DNA of 64,000 nt from Candidatus Latescibacterota bacterium (GCA_963791045.1 CAWBQK010000015.1:32001-96000); one strand, 5' to 3'; shown: positions 1 through 10,008, counted from the first letter of the stretch. Notes: generated from the sequence alone by a model not told the origin. Numbers and translations are program-made.

Positions 1-123
1 AGGGATGGAACACCGGCCGTCCGTGCGCTCTCCGATGTCCGCCGCGAGGAGATGCGCGGGCCGGAGGGGATCCGACATCCGTCCTACTGGGCGGCGTACG
101 CGATCAAGCTGTCGCGGTTTTGA
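1..123 (+). CDS. 3' end of a probable CHAT (caspase-like) domain protein, truncated by the window edge
   Basis: Frame 1 reads RDGTPAVRALSDVRREEMRGPEGIRHPSYWAAYAIKLSRF*. HPxYWAA is the typical CHAT C-terminal motif. Confidence 0.7.
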   Translation, partial: RDGTPAVRALSDVRREEMRGPEGIRHPSYWAAYAIKLSRF

Positions 124-169
124 ATGGGTTGTGGATTTGACATGAAAATAAACTGCGATTCCAAGATGT

Positions 170-210
170 GAAACGGTGGCCGAGGCAATTTTATCCCCGG
201 CCACCGTTTC
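170..210. terminator. Hairpin between convergent genes, likely bidirectional terminator
   Basis: GAAACGGTGGCCG (170-182) and CGGCCACCGTTTC (198-210) form a perfect 13-bp inverted repeat between two converging stops. Confidence 0.65.
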
Positions 211-239
211 TTCCATCTCATTGCATGTGCGACTTCGTT

Positions 240-2558
240 CTACTTGAGCAAAACGATTTTCGACGTCAGTACTTCATTGGCCATAGCGAACTTCACGAAG
301 TACACGCCCGTCGCCACGGCGTCGCCGGCTTCACTCGTCGAATCCCACAGGACCGAGTGGGCGCCCTGGTATTTGTGACCGGACACCAACCGCTTGACAA
401 AGCTACCATCCGCGGCATAGACGGAAATGTCAATATTGCCTGCCGCCGGAACGTTGTAGGTTATCGTCGTCGTCGGATTGAACGGGTTTGGAACCGCCCT
501 GACAAACGGAACAACCGCATCCACTTGATCGGGTGAAAAAAGTGGGCGCGGCGGATCCTTGAGGCCACACGCTGTGCTCGATCGCGTCATCGTTATGGAA
601 TTAACGGTCGCCCCGTCTATCTTGGCGTAAACCTTGAACTGATACGTCGTGGTTTGTTCGACCGGTATTCTCGCAAAATAGTAGCGCTCGTCGTCACAGT
701 CCTCGCCCTGAATGGGGTCTACCGACTGCCATGTGATCGCACTGAGCTTCTTGTAATACACCTTGTTATCCGTCGACGGGAATTTTGTGCTCCATTCCAC
801 ACTGATCTTGCATTGACTGGAATTGAACGTGTGTGAAATATCGTAGATCGGCTGATAGCTGTTCGTCAATTCAAACGAGCCGACAACATCCGGAAATGGC
901 GTGCTTCCATAGTCCGCGGTGATCTTGTAGCAATACTCAGTCGATGCCGGCAGGTCGTACAACGTGATCACGTGCTGCATCCCCGACTGACCCGCTATGG
1001 ATTCGCTATAGTCGCACGGATAACAATCCATCATTCGATCGTATTCCACCGTAGGGATCGTGGGCGCCGTGGTTTCAAACGTGAATGTGGCATCCCATGT
1101 TTCCGTGCCCGAATCAAAGACGGTTGTGACTTCCACGTTCGCAATTGCCAGGTCCCCCGAGGAATATTTCGACAGAAATGCGTCCCAGTCACCGTTGCTG
1201 GTCAGCACGTTACCATTTCCAAAATCCACGGTGTTTTTGAAAAAACCACCCAGAAACACGAATCCATCGTCGTCAACCGAAACCGATTCCCCGCTCTCAC
1301 CACCGCCACTCGCACCAATCTTGATACTCCAATCGTGATCGAGGTCCACATCGAATTTCGCAAGAAAGGCGTCGTCATCTCCATTGAATGAAGCACCGCC
1401 GAGATTTATGGAATCATGGAAATACCCCGACATGTACACGTACCCATCGTGAAAATCGACGGCCTTGCCGCTGTCGTAACCGCCCCCCCCAAATCCCTTG
1501 CTAAAACGGTGATACCTCACTCCTCCCACAGTCGATGTCAAAGACACAAGAAATGCGTCTTGCGAATTGACGGCAACAAGCGGACTCCCGGGGGAGGGGC
1601 CGGTAAAGTCCACCGTACCCCCGAACTGGCCCGCGAAGAACACTCGCCCATACTCATCCGTCGTGATGCTGTGACCCTCATCGTCGTAGAGACCGCCAAA
1701 AGACTGACTCGACAAATGATTCAGGGACGAATCAAACGTGACCACAAAAATGTCTTTACCCCCATTGTTTGTCAACGCACCACCACCAAAATCAATCGTA
1801 CCCGACTCGAAATAACCCGTTACAATCAAATTGTTGTTGGCGTCGACACAGACGCCCTTGGCCGCATCATTGTATGGCTCGTGGAACCACTTTTCGGCCA
1901 ACTTGTATCCGTCGCTGTTCCGAAGCTTGGCGATATAGACTTCAATATTTCCGGCACCGGCGCCCTGATCGTCTTCCCCCACGACATAGACATCACCCAA
2001 AGAGTCCGTACAGATTCCCCAACCGATATCCACACTGTAATTTCCAAAGTTTTTGCTCCAAAGACACGCCCCATCAGCTCCGGTGTATTTGGCCACAAAA
2101 ATATCGGCGTATCCGATTCCATCCAGGACATTCCCATCTCCAAAATCAACACTGCCAGCAAAACGGCCGGTCACAAACACGTCACCGTTTGGATCGAAGC
2201 AGACACCATAACCCTTATCCTCAGATTCATTGTGATACCCAAAGCTCGTGCTCCACAGGTGGTTTCCCGTATTGTCAAACATTGCCACGAACGCATCGAA
2301 ATTCCCAGCACTGGTGAGAACATCTCCGCCGAGATCGATGCTTCCTTCAAATCCACCCGTGACGGCCACATTTCCATCGCCATCAGTCGCAACAGACCAA
2401 ATCATCTGTTGATTGGCGTCCCCAAATCCGGAACTCCAAATATTCCACTGCGCCATACAGGGAGACACGGACAAGGAGACGGTAAGCACGAGCGCGACGA
2501 CCGCTCCAATCAGCCATCCAGCTTCACATTTTCCAAATGTCACGAATCTCGAATTCAT
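240..2558 (-). CDS. Secreted beta-propeller (SBBP-like repeat) protein with FN3-like modules and a C-terminal FlgD-Ig/T9SS-like sorting domain
   Basis: Start re-called to ATG 2558 (AAAGGAG SD). Signal peptide. About 8 repeats of DxxGNVxVTGxFxGxxDFG...DxFVAKY. C-terminus PNPFNPTT...GVYFVK...KIVLLK. Confidence 0.8.
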   Translation of the reverse strand: MNSRFVTFGKCEAGWLIGAVVALVLTVSLSVSPCMAQWNIWSSGFGDANQQMIWSVATDGDGNVAVTGGFEGSIDLGGDVLTSAGNFDAFVAMFDNTGNHLWSTSFGYHNESEDKGYGVCFDPNGDVFVTGRFAGSVDFGDGNVLDGIGYADIFVAKYTGADGACLWSKNFGNYSVDIGWGICTDSLGDVYVVGEDDQGAGAGNIEVYIAKLRNSDGYKLAEKWFHEPYNDAAKGVCVDANNNLIVTGYFESGTIDFGGGALTNNGGKDIFVVTFDSSLNHLSSQSFGGLYDDEGHSITTDEYGRVFFAGQFGGTVDFTGPSPGSPLVAVNSQDAFLVSLTSTVGGVRYHRFSKGFGGGGYDSGKAVDFHDGYVYMSGYFHDSINLGGASFNGDDDAFLAKFDVDLDHDWSIKIGASGGGESGESVSVDDDGFVFLGGFFKNTVDFGNGNVLTSNGDWDAFLSKYSSGDLAIANVEVTTVFDSGTETWDATFTFETTAPTIPTVEYDRMMDCYPCDYSESIAGQSGMQHVITLYDLPASTEYCYKITADYGSTPFPDVVGSFELTNSYQPIYDISHTFNSSQCKISVEWSTKFPSTDNKVYYKKLSAITWQSVDPIQGEDCDDERYYFARIPVEQTTTYQFKVYAKIDGATVNSITMTRSSTACGLKDPPRPLFSPDQVDAVVPFVRAVPNPFNPTTTITYNVPAAGNIDISVYAADGSFVKRLVSGHKYQGAHSVLWDSTSEAGDAVATGVYFVKFAMANEVLTSKIVLLK

Positions 2559-2773
2559 GACTTCTCCTTTCAGATATTGCACTTGACTTGCTTGGTCGTC
2601 ACAGCGCTACGGCCTGTTCCGACCACTCAACCCATTCGGTGGCTATCATTTTAGTGTCACAGCTTCACGATCGCTCCGCCGACATTCATTTAAAGAGGTA
2701 CGGAACAGCTTCCTGTTTTACACAAAAACTCCACAACAACGTTGTTCAGACAGGGATAAAGAACGAGGGAAAC

Positions 2774-2820
2774 AAAAAAAGCCCGGCCATCGAGTCTCCA
2801 CTCGACAACCGGGCTTTTTT
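2774..2820. terminator. Intrinsic terminator after the 2848-4912 gene
   Basis: A7-GCCCGG..TCGAG..CTCGA..CCGGGC-T6 stem with A/T tracts on both sides. Confidence 0.8.
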
Positions 2821-2847
2821 AACCCGTGATCTCAAAAGAGCCACGGA

Positions 2848-4912
2848 CTATTTCAGAAACACCATCTTTTTTGACAGCGTGTGCTTGCCCGCGGTGAGAC
2901 GGTAGAAGTAAACACCCGAGCTCACGGGGTTTCCCGCGCCGTCCAAACCATCCCATTCAACACTTCGCGTACCCGCGGGTTGATCTTCGTTGACAAGAGC
3001 CCGAACGAGCTTTCCGTCCGGACCGTAGATCGCCAGCGCCACACGCCCCGCTTCGGGGACGGTAAACGAAATCGCCGTCACGGGGTTGAAGGGGTTGGGG
3101 TGATTTTGCGCGAGCGACAAAGATATTTCCGCCGAACCGACAGTTACCGGTCGTGATGAGACACTCGCTGTTGTCGGCGAGAACGACACCCAATCGGTAG
3201 GTGTACCCCTCATCGCGCCGCGCCGTCTCGTCGGTGAATGATTTTTTGTCCGGCGCAATCAGCCGTCCGCCGTTCAAAAGATCGAGACGCTCGAAAGCCC
3301 CCGTCTGGCGGTACAGCCGGTAACCGGCGACCTCTTCGTCGGACAAGACATCCCACATGAGATCGACACCCACAGCTCCCCACGCGGCATCGAACCCGTT
3401 TATAAACACAGGCACCGGGTTTTCAATCGGGATGATCCAGTGGACGTTTGTTTCATTTCCCGCCAGACCTGTCATGTAGTGCATGCTGTCTTCATCCGCA
3501 TACCCGCAGTATGTCCGGAAGAATTCTTCCTGTTCGCAGTCATGATTTATATAAACGACCTCGCCTGCGCCAACATCGACGGGGGTCCCGGGATTACACG
3601 GATCGACAACAACACCCGTCCGTGGTCCGTGGACGGCCGTCTCGCGGCCGGCAACACCGGTGGACGGGTCGCCGTCGAGGTTGAACCAGGCTCCGTCGAA
3701 TGTGAGCTTGGCCATCGCCGCGTTTTCTTTGAGCCCCTCGAGACCGTCGCCGACGACAAGAGCGACCTGGAACTTGACAGACTCCCCGGGCGGGAGCTCG
3801 GAAAATGGCCCCACACTCAAAAGCACCCGGTGGTCACGAGGAATCAGCGTGTTCGACTCAATGGTTTCCTGGGAAAGGATTTCGTATCTCTCGAAGTCGT
3901 TGGTCGGGTCGCCGCCCTCTTCGTACGACTGGTCGCCGGAGAAGTTCGCAAATGTCGACGTGCTGACGTGTAGCGGCGCGTTAACTCCGAATGGATCCGT
4001 TGTGTGTCCGAGAAGTACGACTCCTAAATAGCTGGTCGCTTGCCCCCCGTCACCGTCGACATCATAGGCATACGCCATATCGAACTGTGTCGGTCCCAGC
4101 GGCGTACACACGGCGACGTGCGTGAAGGCGCTCGCATCATCTGCGTAGTAGTTCGGGGTATCCCTGTGACCGATGTCCGGGTCGGCAAAGAACGCAATAA
4201 ACACATCATCGAGAACAACGCTTCCAATATTTGTTATCGTAAACTCGATACCGACAAAGTCATCGAACATCGGGTGAGCCCACTGATAGCTCTCCTGGCG
4301 GACCATAATATCGAGAGGGTTGTGGTCGGGGTAGATCGCAATCGCTTCGGGCGTATTGTCCGCGAACCAGCAGCTGAACATCTGGTCGGATATCGCAGCG
4401 AAGTCTTCGTCGATCATTCCGTCGAGGTCGTCGTCGTGACCGTTGAGCCAATCTTCATCGACCATTCCGTCCCCGTCGTCATCGGCGTCAACCGATGGAT
4501 ACCGGTTCCCGCCAAGCGCGCCTTCAGCCGATCTGTAGATGATATCCACCGGATCGGCGGTCGGTCGAAACTCCGAAGCAAATATTGAGGTGGACACACC
4601 GGGCACACCGAGCTTCAACGCACCCACCCACAGCCCACCCGCATAGAGATGTTCGATCCGGCTCCCCACCGGCCACTCCGCCGACGGCGCGTCAGCGAAA
4701 GGCATCCCCGAACCGGGCATCGATCCGAAGAGCCCCCAGTTTCCGACATGAACGCCAAGCTCACCAACGTTATGAACGTTCGACCCGTCAACGACCAGAA
4801 CTCCCTCGGGTCCCGATCGGATTCCCTTACTAAAATCAATGGGGTTGGCTCCGGTCATCAGAAATGACACCAATACCAGGGCCAGAACGAAACTCAGCCT
4901 TCGGGATCCCAT
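2848..4912 (-). CDS. Secreted acidic protein with C-terminal FlgD-Ig/T9SS-like domain, split by one frameshift near 3165
   Basis: ORF 2957-4912 (signal peptide, SAEWPVGS..EHLY.GGLWVG, DDDGDGxxDED repeats) joins ORF 2848-3258 (LAQNHPNPFNP...GVYFYRL...KKMVFLK) at GAC AAC AGC GAG T GTC TCA TCA. Confidence 0.8.
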
Positions 4913-5008
4913 AGCTGGACCTCCACGGAATATAGTTGCGGTAGCCGCATGGTAAGCGAGGTGGGATGCTCTAACAATGACGCTGCAAGAGCCGTTGCTC
5001 TCACATCA

Positions 5009-5037
5009 ATTATAACGCTCGGAATACTCGCGGTCAA
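5009..5037 (-). promoter_or_regulatory. Sigma70-type promoter of the 2848-4912 gene
   Basis: Minus strand TTGACC-17 nt-TATAAT. Confidence 0.7.
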
Positions 5038-5128
5038 TACAGCCGTCGTCCTTATTCATACAGAGGCTCTTAAGTTAGTGTTTAACAGCATGTAAACGCC
5101 GCAGAAAATTAAATACGGGCAGACTTGC

Positions 5129-6571
5129 CTAACCCTTGATTACAGCGATCGGTTTGATTTCAGCAACTTTTGTCGTGATCTTCGCGTTGTGAAGCACATC
5201 GACAACCTCACCGACATCCTTGTAGGCCTCCGGCATTTCCTCAGCGAGCGTCCGAGAGTCCTTCGCGACGACGGTGACGCCTTCGCGTTTGAGTTCTTCC
5301 GTGAGCGACCTCCCGCGGCCTTGTTTCAGCGCCGCTTTCCGGCTCAAGACACGGCCCGCGCCGTGACAAGAACTGTAAAACGGGTGATCGTCGCCCTCCG
5401 CCGAACCGACAAGAAGATAAGAGGCGGTTCCCATGTCGCCGGGGACGAAAACCGGCTGTCCCACCCGCCTGAAGCGTGCCGGAATCCTGTCGTCACCTGG
5501 AGGGAGCGCACGGGTTGCGCCCTTGCGGTGGACACAAAGCTTTCGGTCTTTTCCATCCACACGGTGCGTTTCGATTTTTGCGATGTTGTGGCAGACATCG
5601 TAAATCAACCTGAAACCAAGTTCCTGCTCCCCAATCCCGAGCGAGCGTGCAGCGGCACGTTCGGCGATCACCATAAGCGTTTGCCGGTTGGCCCACGCAA
5701 AGTTCGCCGCGGCGGCCATCGCGGCGAGATACGACCGTCCCGTTTCGGAATCCAACGGCGCGGCGGCGAGTTGACGATCGGGGAGATCGAACCTGAACTC
5801 GTGCGCGCGCGACGACATCGTCTTCAGATAGTCGGCGCAAACCTGGTGACCGAGACCGCGCGAACCACAGTGGATCATAAACGTGACATCACCCTCGCGG
5901 AGACCAAACACATCGGCAATCTCCGGTTCAAACACATGGTTGACATAACCGATTTCCAGGAAGTGATTCCCCGAACCCAACGATCCCAACTGGTGGCGCC
6001 CCCGCTCGAGCGCGCGTTCGCTGACCGCAGCGGGGTCCGCCCCGGGCATCGCCCCGTTTTCTTCACAGAATTCGAGGTCCGTGTCCGTTCCAAATCCGTT
6101 TTTGACAACATACGAAGCGCCGTCGACAAGGACCTTTCGAAGTTCTTTTACCGAAAGCTCTCCAAAACCGGTGCCATGCGGTGATGGGCCGGTCGGGATG
6201 CTTTGAAAGAGGTGGTGGATGAGCGGGCCCACCCGGTCGCGAATGTCTTCGATACGGAGATTGCTCGCCATGAGCCGCACACCACAGTTTATGTCGTAAC
6301 CAACACCGCCCGGCGAAACGACACCGTCATCGTCGAACGCCGTCGCCGCGACACCCCCGATCGGGAAACCGTAGCCGACATGGATGTCCGGCATCGCCCA
6401 CGAGTAACCGACAATCCCGGGCAGGTGTGCGACGTTGACAACCTGTGTAAACGACTGTTCGCGGCGGATGACGTCCATCATACGCGCGTCGGCGTATATC
6501 CGCCCCGGGACCCGCATCCGTCCCTCGCGCCGTATCTCCCAGAGCCAATCGGATTTCTTTTCGACCTTCAT
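5129..6571 (-). CDS. rtcB: RtcB-family RNA ligase (3'-phosphate/5'-OH)
   Basis: Start re-called to MKVEKK. Motifs MPDIH, GYDINCG, GSGNHF, HCGSRG, CHN, HRKGAT, SCHGAGR and EEMPEAYK are all intact. Confidence 0.95.
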   Translation of the reverse strand: MKVEKKSDWLWEIRREGRMRVPGRIYADARMMDVIRREQSFTQVVNVAHLPGIVGYSWAMPDIHVGYGFPIGGVAATAFDDDGVVSPGGVGYDINCGVRLMASNLRIEDIRDRVGPLIHHLFQSIPTGPSPHGTGFGELSVKELRKVLVDGASYVVKNGFGTDTDLEFCEENGAMPGADPAAVSERALERGRHQLGSLGSGNHFLEIGYVNHVFEPEIADVFGLREGDVTFMIHCGSRGLGHQVCADYLKTMSSRAHEFRFDLPDRQLAAAPLDSETGRSYLAAMAAAANFAWANRQTLMVIAERAAARSLGIGEQELGFRLIYDVCHNIAKIETHRVDGKDRKLCVHRKGATRALPPGDDRIPARFRRVGQPVFVPGDMGTASYLLVGSAEGDDHPFYSSCHGAGRVLSRKAALKQGRGRSLTEELKREGVTVVAKDSRTLAEEMPEAYKDVGEVVDVLHNAKITTKVAEIKPIAVIKG

Positions 6572-6690
6572 GGTCTCAACGCCCTCTGTTTCAGAACAAT
6601 AGATACTTCTCCCACACATATTATAACCCCCTCCAGGCCTACCCGGGACATAAATGTCTACCGCCCCCCGATGCTCGCGACCTCGAACAC

Positions 6691-6722
6691 AAAAAAAACC
6701 GGCCCGCATTACACGGGCCGGT
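6691..6722 (-). terminator. Intrinsic terminator after the 6751-7374 gene
   Basis: Minus strand ACCGGCCCG-loop-CGGGCCGGT followed by a T run. Confidence 0.75.
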
Positions 6723-6750
6723 CCTGTCGCGATCCACACAGGCGGATCCG

Positions 6751-7374
6751 TCAGAAATCGAGGAGCACTCCGACTTCCATCTGGAGTGTCCGGATCCTTT
6801 GATCCGTAAAAATAACACCGTACCGCGTCTCGCCAAAAACGGCGAGCGGCATCACGGGGAAGGCAAGCTTCAACCCGACGAGTCCGTCCGCGCTCATCCG
6901 CGCGGCGTCCTGCGCGACGGCAAACGGGTCATCAACGGCGGGAGAAACAAGTCCGGAGTTAGCCATATCGAGAAACACTTCGGTGTTCATGAAGTGCCAA
7001 CCCAGACCGGCGCCGACATAGAGCGATACGGGCGAGGTGGGGATCTGAATCAAATTCTTCTTCACCATCGCCAGGACGTGCAGGTCCTGGAACTCAAAAT
7101 CCCCATTTATCGAATACCCCATGTATTCGTATCCATAGGCAAACGTTTTCGTAAAGTAGTTCGCGTGAAATTCGAAATCGAGAACGGGAAGAGTGGTAAG
7201 TTCGAGGACGAGACCATAATAGGTCGCCCCACCAAGATCACCGCTCGACGGCAAAACATCGCCATCGTAGTTTGCATACCCGATCTTACCGCCTATTGCA
7301 AATCCGGCAGCGCCCGCCGCGGGGGCCACGCCGGCCAGAACGAGAATCCCGATGAGTGCAATTGCTCTTTTCAT
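6751..7374 (-). CDS. Small outer-membrane beta-barrel protein (OMP_b-brl/porin-like)
   Basis: AAGGAGG SD before MKRAIAL. Signal peptide, alternating amphipathic strands (LYVGAGLGWHF) and C-terminal Phe. Confidence 0.7.
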   Translation of the reverse strand: MKRAIALIGILVLAGVAPAAGAAGFAIGGKIGYANYDGDVLPSSGDLGGATYYGLVLELTTLPVLDFEFHANYFTKTFAYGYEYMGYSINGDFEFQDLHVLAMVKKNLIQIPTSPVSLYVGAGLGWHFMNTEVFLDMANSGLVSPAVDDPFAVAQDAARMSADGLVGLKLAFPVMPLAVFGETRYGVIFTDQRIRTLQMEVGVLLDF

Positions 7375-7485
7375 TGTCGCCTCCTTGACGATGTTTCGGG
7401 AAACAAGGAGCAACAACTGCACCACGGGGGTCACGGGGTGGCCAATATTGGCCTCTGAGGATTGTGTGTGGAGACGGCGGCCTAT

Positions 7486-7812
7486 TCAGCCGCCGAGGGT
7501 ATCACGGAGAAAGGCACCATAGCCCTGGGAGAGCGCCGTCAGGTCCACGGCAATAATTTCGGGAACATCATAACTGTGAAGTTCGGTGACCACGCGCACG
7601 ATCTCGTCGAAATTCTCACGGCGGGTCTTGGCAAACATCATCGCCTCGCTGTCTTTCATCGTCTCGCCTTGCCACCGGTAAATACTGCGGCATTTGTCGA
7701 TGATATTCACACAGGCAACGAGTCCACCTTCCACGAGAGCAAGAGCAATGCGTTCGGCTTCATCTTCGCTCGAAGCCGTCATGAAAACGATTTGGTAGTC
7801 CGATCCGCTCAT
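7486..7812 (-). CDS. cutA: Divalent-cation tolerance protein CutA
   Basis: LVACVNI..SIYRWQG...HSYDVPEI. Confidence 0.93.
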   Translation of the reverse strand: MSGSDYQIVFMTASSEDEAERIALALVEGGLVACVNIIDKCRSIYRWQGETMKDSEAMMFAKTRRENFDEIVRVVTELHSYDVPEIIAVDLTALSQGYGAFLRDTLGG

Positions 7813-7875
7813 GACAACCTCCGGTGCAACTGGTCTTTGTTTAAAATAGAATAATCCGTCGAAATCCGGCGAGAA

Positions 7876-8910
7876 TCAGACACGGAGGTCGTCAAGAAAT
7901 TCGGGGGTTGCGGGCGCCGCCGAGATGACTTTGACATCGTCTCCGTTTACAAACCGGACGTCGACCGCCGGCTCATTTTTTCCGCCGCCGTACCTGGCAA
8001 TGATCGACGCGATCGTCTCCCACTCTTTGTCTTCGACTTCACCGATGATCACGGCGACCGGACCGGCGAATTCGACGGCGCCGGCGGCCCAGCGGTTGTC
8101 CGTATAATAAGAGAGAAAGTTGTTTTCGATTTCATCCCGGCCAACAATCAACTTGAGCTTCGGAGACAACCTGAAATGCCGTCCGACGCCAAGTACAAAC
8201 ACGTCCTCGACGGACATTCCCTCCGTGCCGCCGTGCTCGATCACATCGCGGAACTTGTTCGAATACGCTTCGTCGGTGAGAAAGCAGCAACCGCCCGACG
8301 GCTGCATGAATGACTTGAGCCCAAATCTCCGCGCCAGTTCGATTTGCATCTTTCTCCCCCTCCCGAAAATCCCGTAAAGTTTTTCGCGGTCTACGAGACC
8401 CTCCTCTTCGACAATGGTGGGCGGGAGAGCCTTGGCGGAGAGCGGTCTCAACAAGCGCCCCTCGAGACCTGTGTCTTTTTCGATTGCGCGAAGCATCGTT
8501 TTTAGCTGGGATTTCGGCCGCTGCCCGATCACCTCGCCGGTAAACACGAAATCGGCGCCTGTTTCCTCCATCCGCTCTTTCGCCTTGTTTAGCATGAAAA
8601 TGCGGCAGTCGACACACGGATTCATGTTTCTCCCGTAACCAAATCTGGGGTTGAGAACCATGGGAAGGTACTCTTCGGAGATATCCACCAATTCGACGGG
8701 GATTCCCATTTCCGCCGCCACCTGGAGGGCGTGGTTGGCAATGGGCCGCGTGGTTCGGCCCACTCGGCTATTGTGTCCGGTCACACAAAAACCGGTAAAG
8801 AAGTGAAGGCACTCCACCTCGACACCGGCGTCCTTCAATATTAGAGCCGCCAGCGCGGAGTCAAGCCCGCCCGATAAAAGTCCAACACCTTTGGCCTTTT
8901 TCTTGGTCAT
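7876..8910 (-). CDS. PP-loop tRNA sulfurtransferase-like protein (ThiI/MnmA-related, DUF814/NFACT-R-like C-terminus)
   Basis: SGGLDS PP-loop, NPCVDC, TGEVIGQRPKSQ, LLRPLSA, GGCCFLTD, GRHFR...GRDEIEN. No THUMP domain. Confidence 0.8.
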   Translation of the reverse strand: MTKKKAKGVGLLSGGLDSALAALILKDAGVEVECLHFFTGFCVTGHNSRVGRTTRPIANHALQVAAEMGIPVELVDISEEYLPMVLNPRFGYGRNMNPCVDCRIFMLNKAKERMEETGADFVFTGEVIGQRPKSQLKTMLRAIEKDTGLEGRLLRPLSAKALPPTIVEEEGLVDREKLYGIFGRGRKMQIELARRFGLKSFMQPSGGCCFLTDEAYSNKFRDVIEHGGTEGMSVEDVFVLGVGRHFRLSPKLKLIVGRDEIENNFLSYYTDNRWAAGAVEFAGPVAVIIGEVEDKEWETIASIIARYGGGKNEPAVDVRFVNGDDVKVISAAPATPEFLDDLRV

Positions 8911-8993
8911 TATCCCGCCCACCGCCAAACTGTATGGGTACCCATTCTCCGACGACAATCGCCGCAGAAGCTCAAGAATCACTGAACCCATAC

Positions 8994-9022
8994 AATATAG
9001 TCGGGAATCGTCTCGTTGACAA
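8994..9022 (-). promoter_or_regulatory. Sigma70-type promoter of the ThiI-like/cutA unit
   Basis: Minus strand TTGTCA-17 nt-TATATT. Confidence 0.55.
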
Positions 9023-9037
9023 GCGGTCGAAAAGGGA

Positions 9038-9919
9038 TTACCGGCGGGCTGGTTGGCGTCTTGCCGACCCTAAACCCGTGCGGCGCGGATCGAAGGCGGA
9101 TCTTACGACACCGCTCAAGACGTAACAGCAAAGAACGGTCGCCAGGATCATCACCCCGGGGAAGATGGCAACCCAGGGGGCAGAGGAGAGGTATCCCTGG
9201 GCGTTTCTCAAAAGGGCGCCCCAACTCACCGCGGGCGGCTGGAGACCAAACCCGAAGAAGGACACGGTGCTCTCGATGAGTATCGCCTGGGCAAGCCCGA
9301 GAGTTGCCGCGACAAACACGGGGCCGCCCGTGTGAGGGAGTATGTGTCTGACGAGAATACGGTTATTCGATAGTCCCAGCGCCCGGGCCGCGTCCACATA
9401 TTCATTCTCTCGTGTGGAAAGCACAACCGAACGGACGATACGCGCGACCTCCATCCACTGGACGGATCCGATAAGGAGGCATAGTAGTAAGAATCCGGGG
9501 GAAAACACACTCGAGAACAAGAGGAGCACAAGCAAAACGGGGATCGACAACATCAGGTCGGCCGTCCGCATGACCACCGCTCCGACCAGACCACCGTAGA
9601 AACCGGCGGCGCCTCCTCCGATCAACCCGATAAGCAGCGCAAACAGAACCGCCGAGATCGCAACGGCTATTGTGAAGCGGCCACCCACCATCACTCGCAC
9701 GAAAAGATCGCGCCCCATGTCATCCGTCCCGAACGGGTGGGTCCACGTGGGCGAAAGAAGTTTGCTCCCGGGATCGATGGTATCGACCGGATACGGGCTC
9801 AAGAGCGGTCCGGCCACCGCGGCTGTGACGATGAGCCCGAAAAGCACAAGAGCGGCAAACGCCGCACCGTCCATGCGCCTTGCGGATTTTCGACCGACCG
9901 CCAATCCGGTTGACGCCAC
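9038..9919 (-). CDS. oppC: Peptide/nickel ABC permease, OppC/DppC type (locus 1); start uncertain
   Basis: HPFGTDDMGRD, EYVDAARALG (EAA loop), FFGFGLQPP..SWG. GTG at 9919 follows AGGA. Confidence 0.88.
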   Translation of the reverse strand: MASTGLAVGRKSARRMDGAAFAALVLFGLIVTAAVAGPLLSPYPVDTIDPGSKLLSPTWTHPFGTDDMGRDLFVRVMVGGRFTIAVAISAVLFALLIGLIGGGAAGFYGGLVGAVVMRTADLMLSIPVLLVLLLFSSVFSPGFLLLCLLIGSVQWMEVARIVRSVVLSTRENEYVDAARALGLSNNRILVRHILPHTGGPVFVAATLGLAQAILIESTVSFFGFGLQPPAVSWGALLRNAQGYLSSAPWVAIFPGVMILATVLCCYVLSGVVRSAFDPRRTGLGSARRQPARR

Positions 9920-10008
9920 GGCGGTCCTGCGTGGCTCTCCACATGGGCTCGGTACCGGACGACGAACCGGTGCCTTTGGGAGCGCACTTCGTCTGAGAGT
10001 CCGTTTGT

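Noticed and set aside
3150-3180. Programmed frameshift producing forms with and without the sorting tail
   Set aside because: No slippery sequence or repeat tract, and other sporadic indels in the window point to sequencing error.
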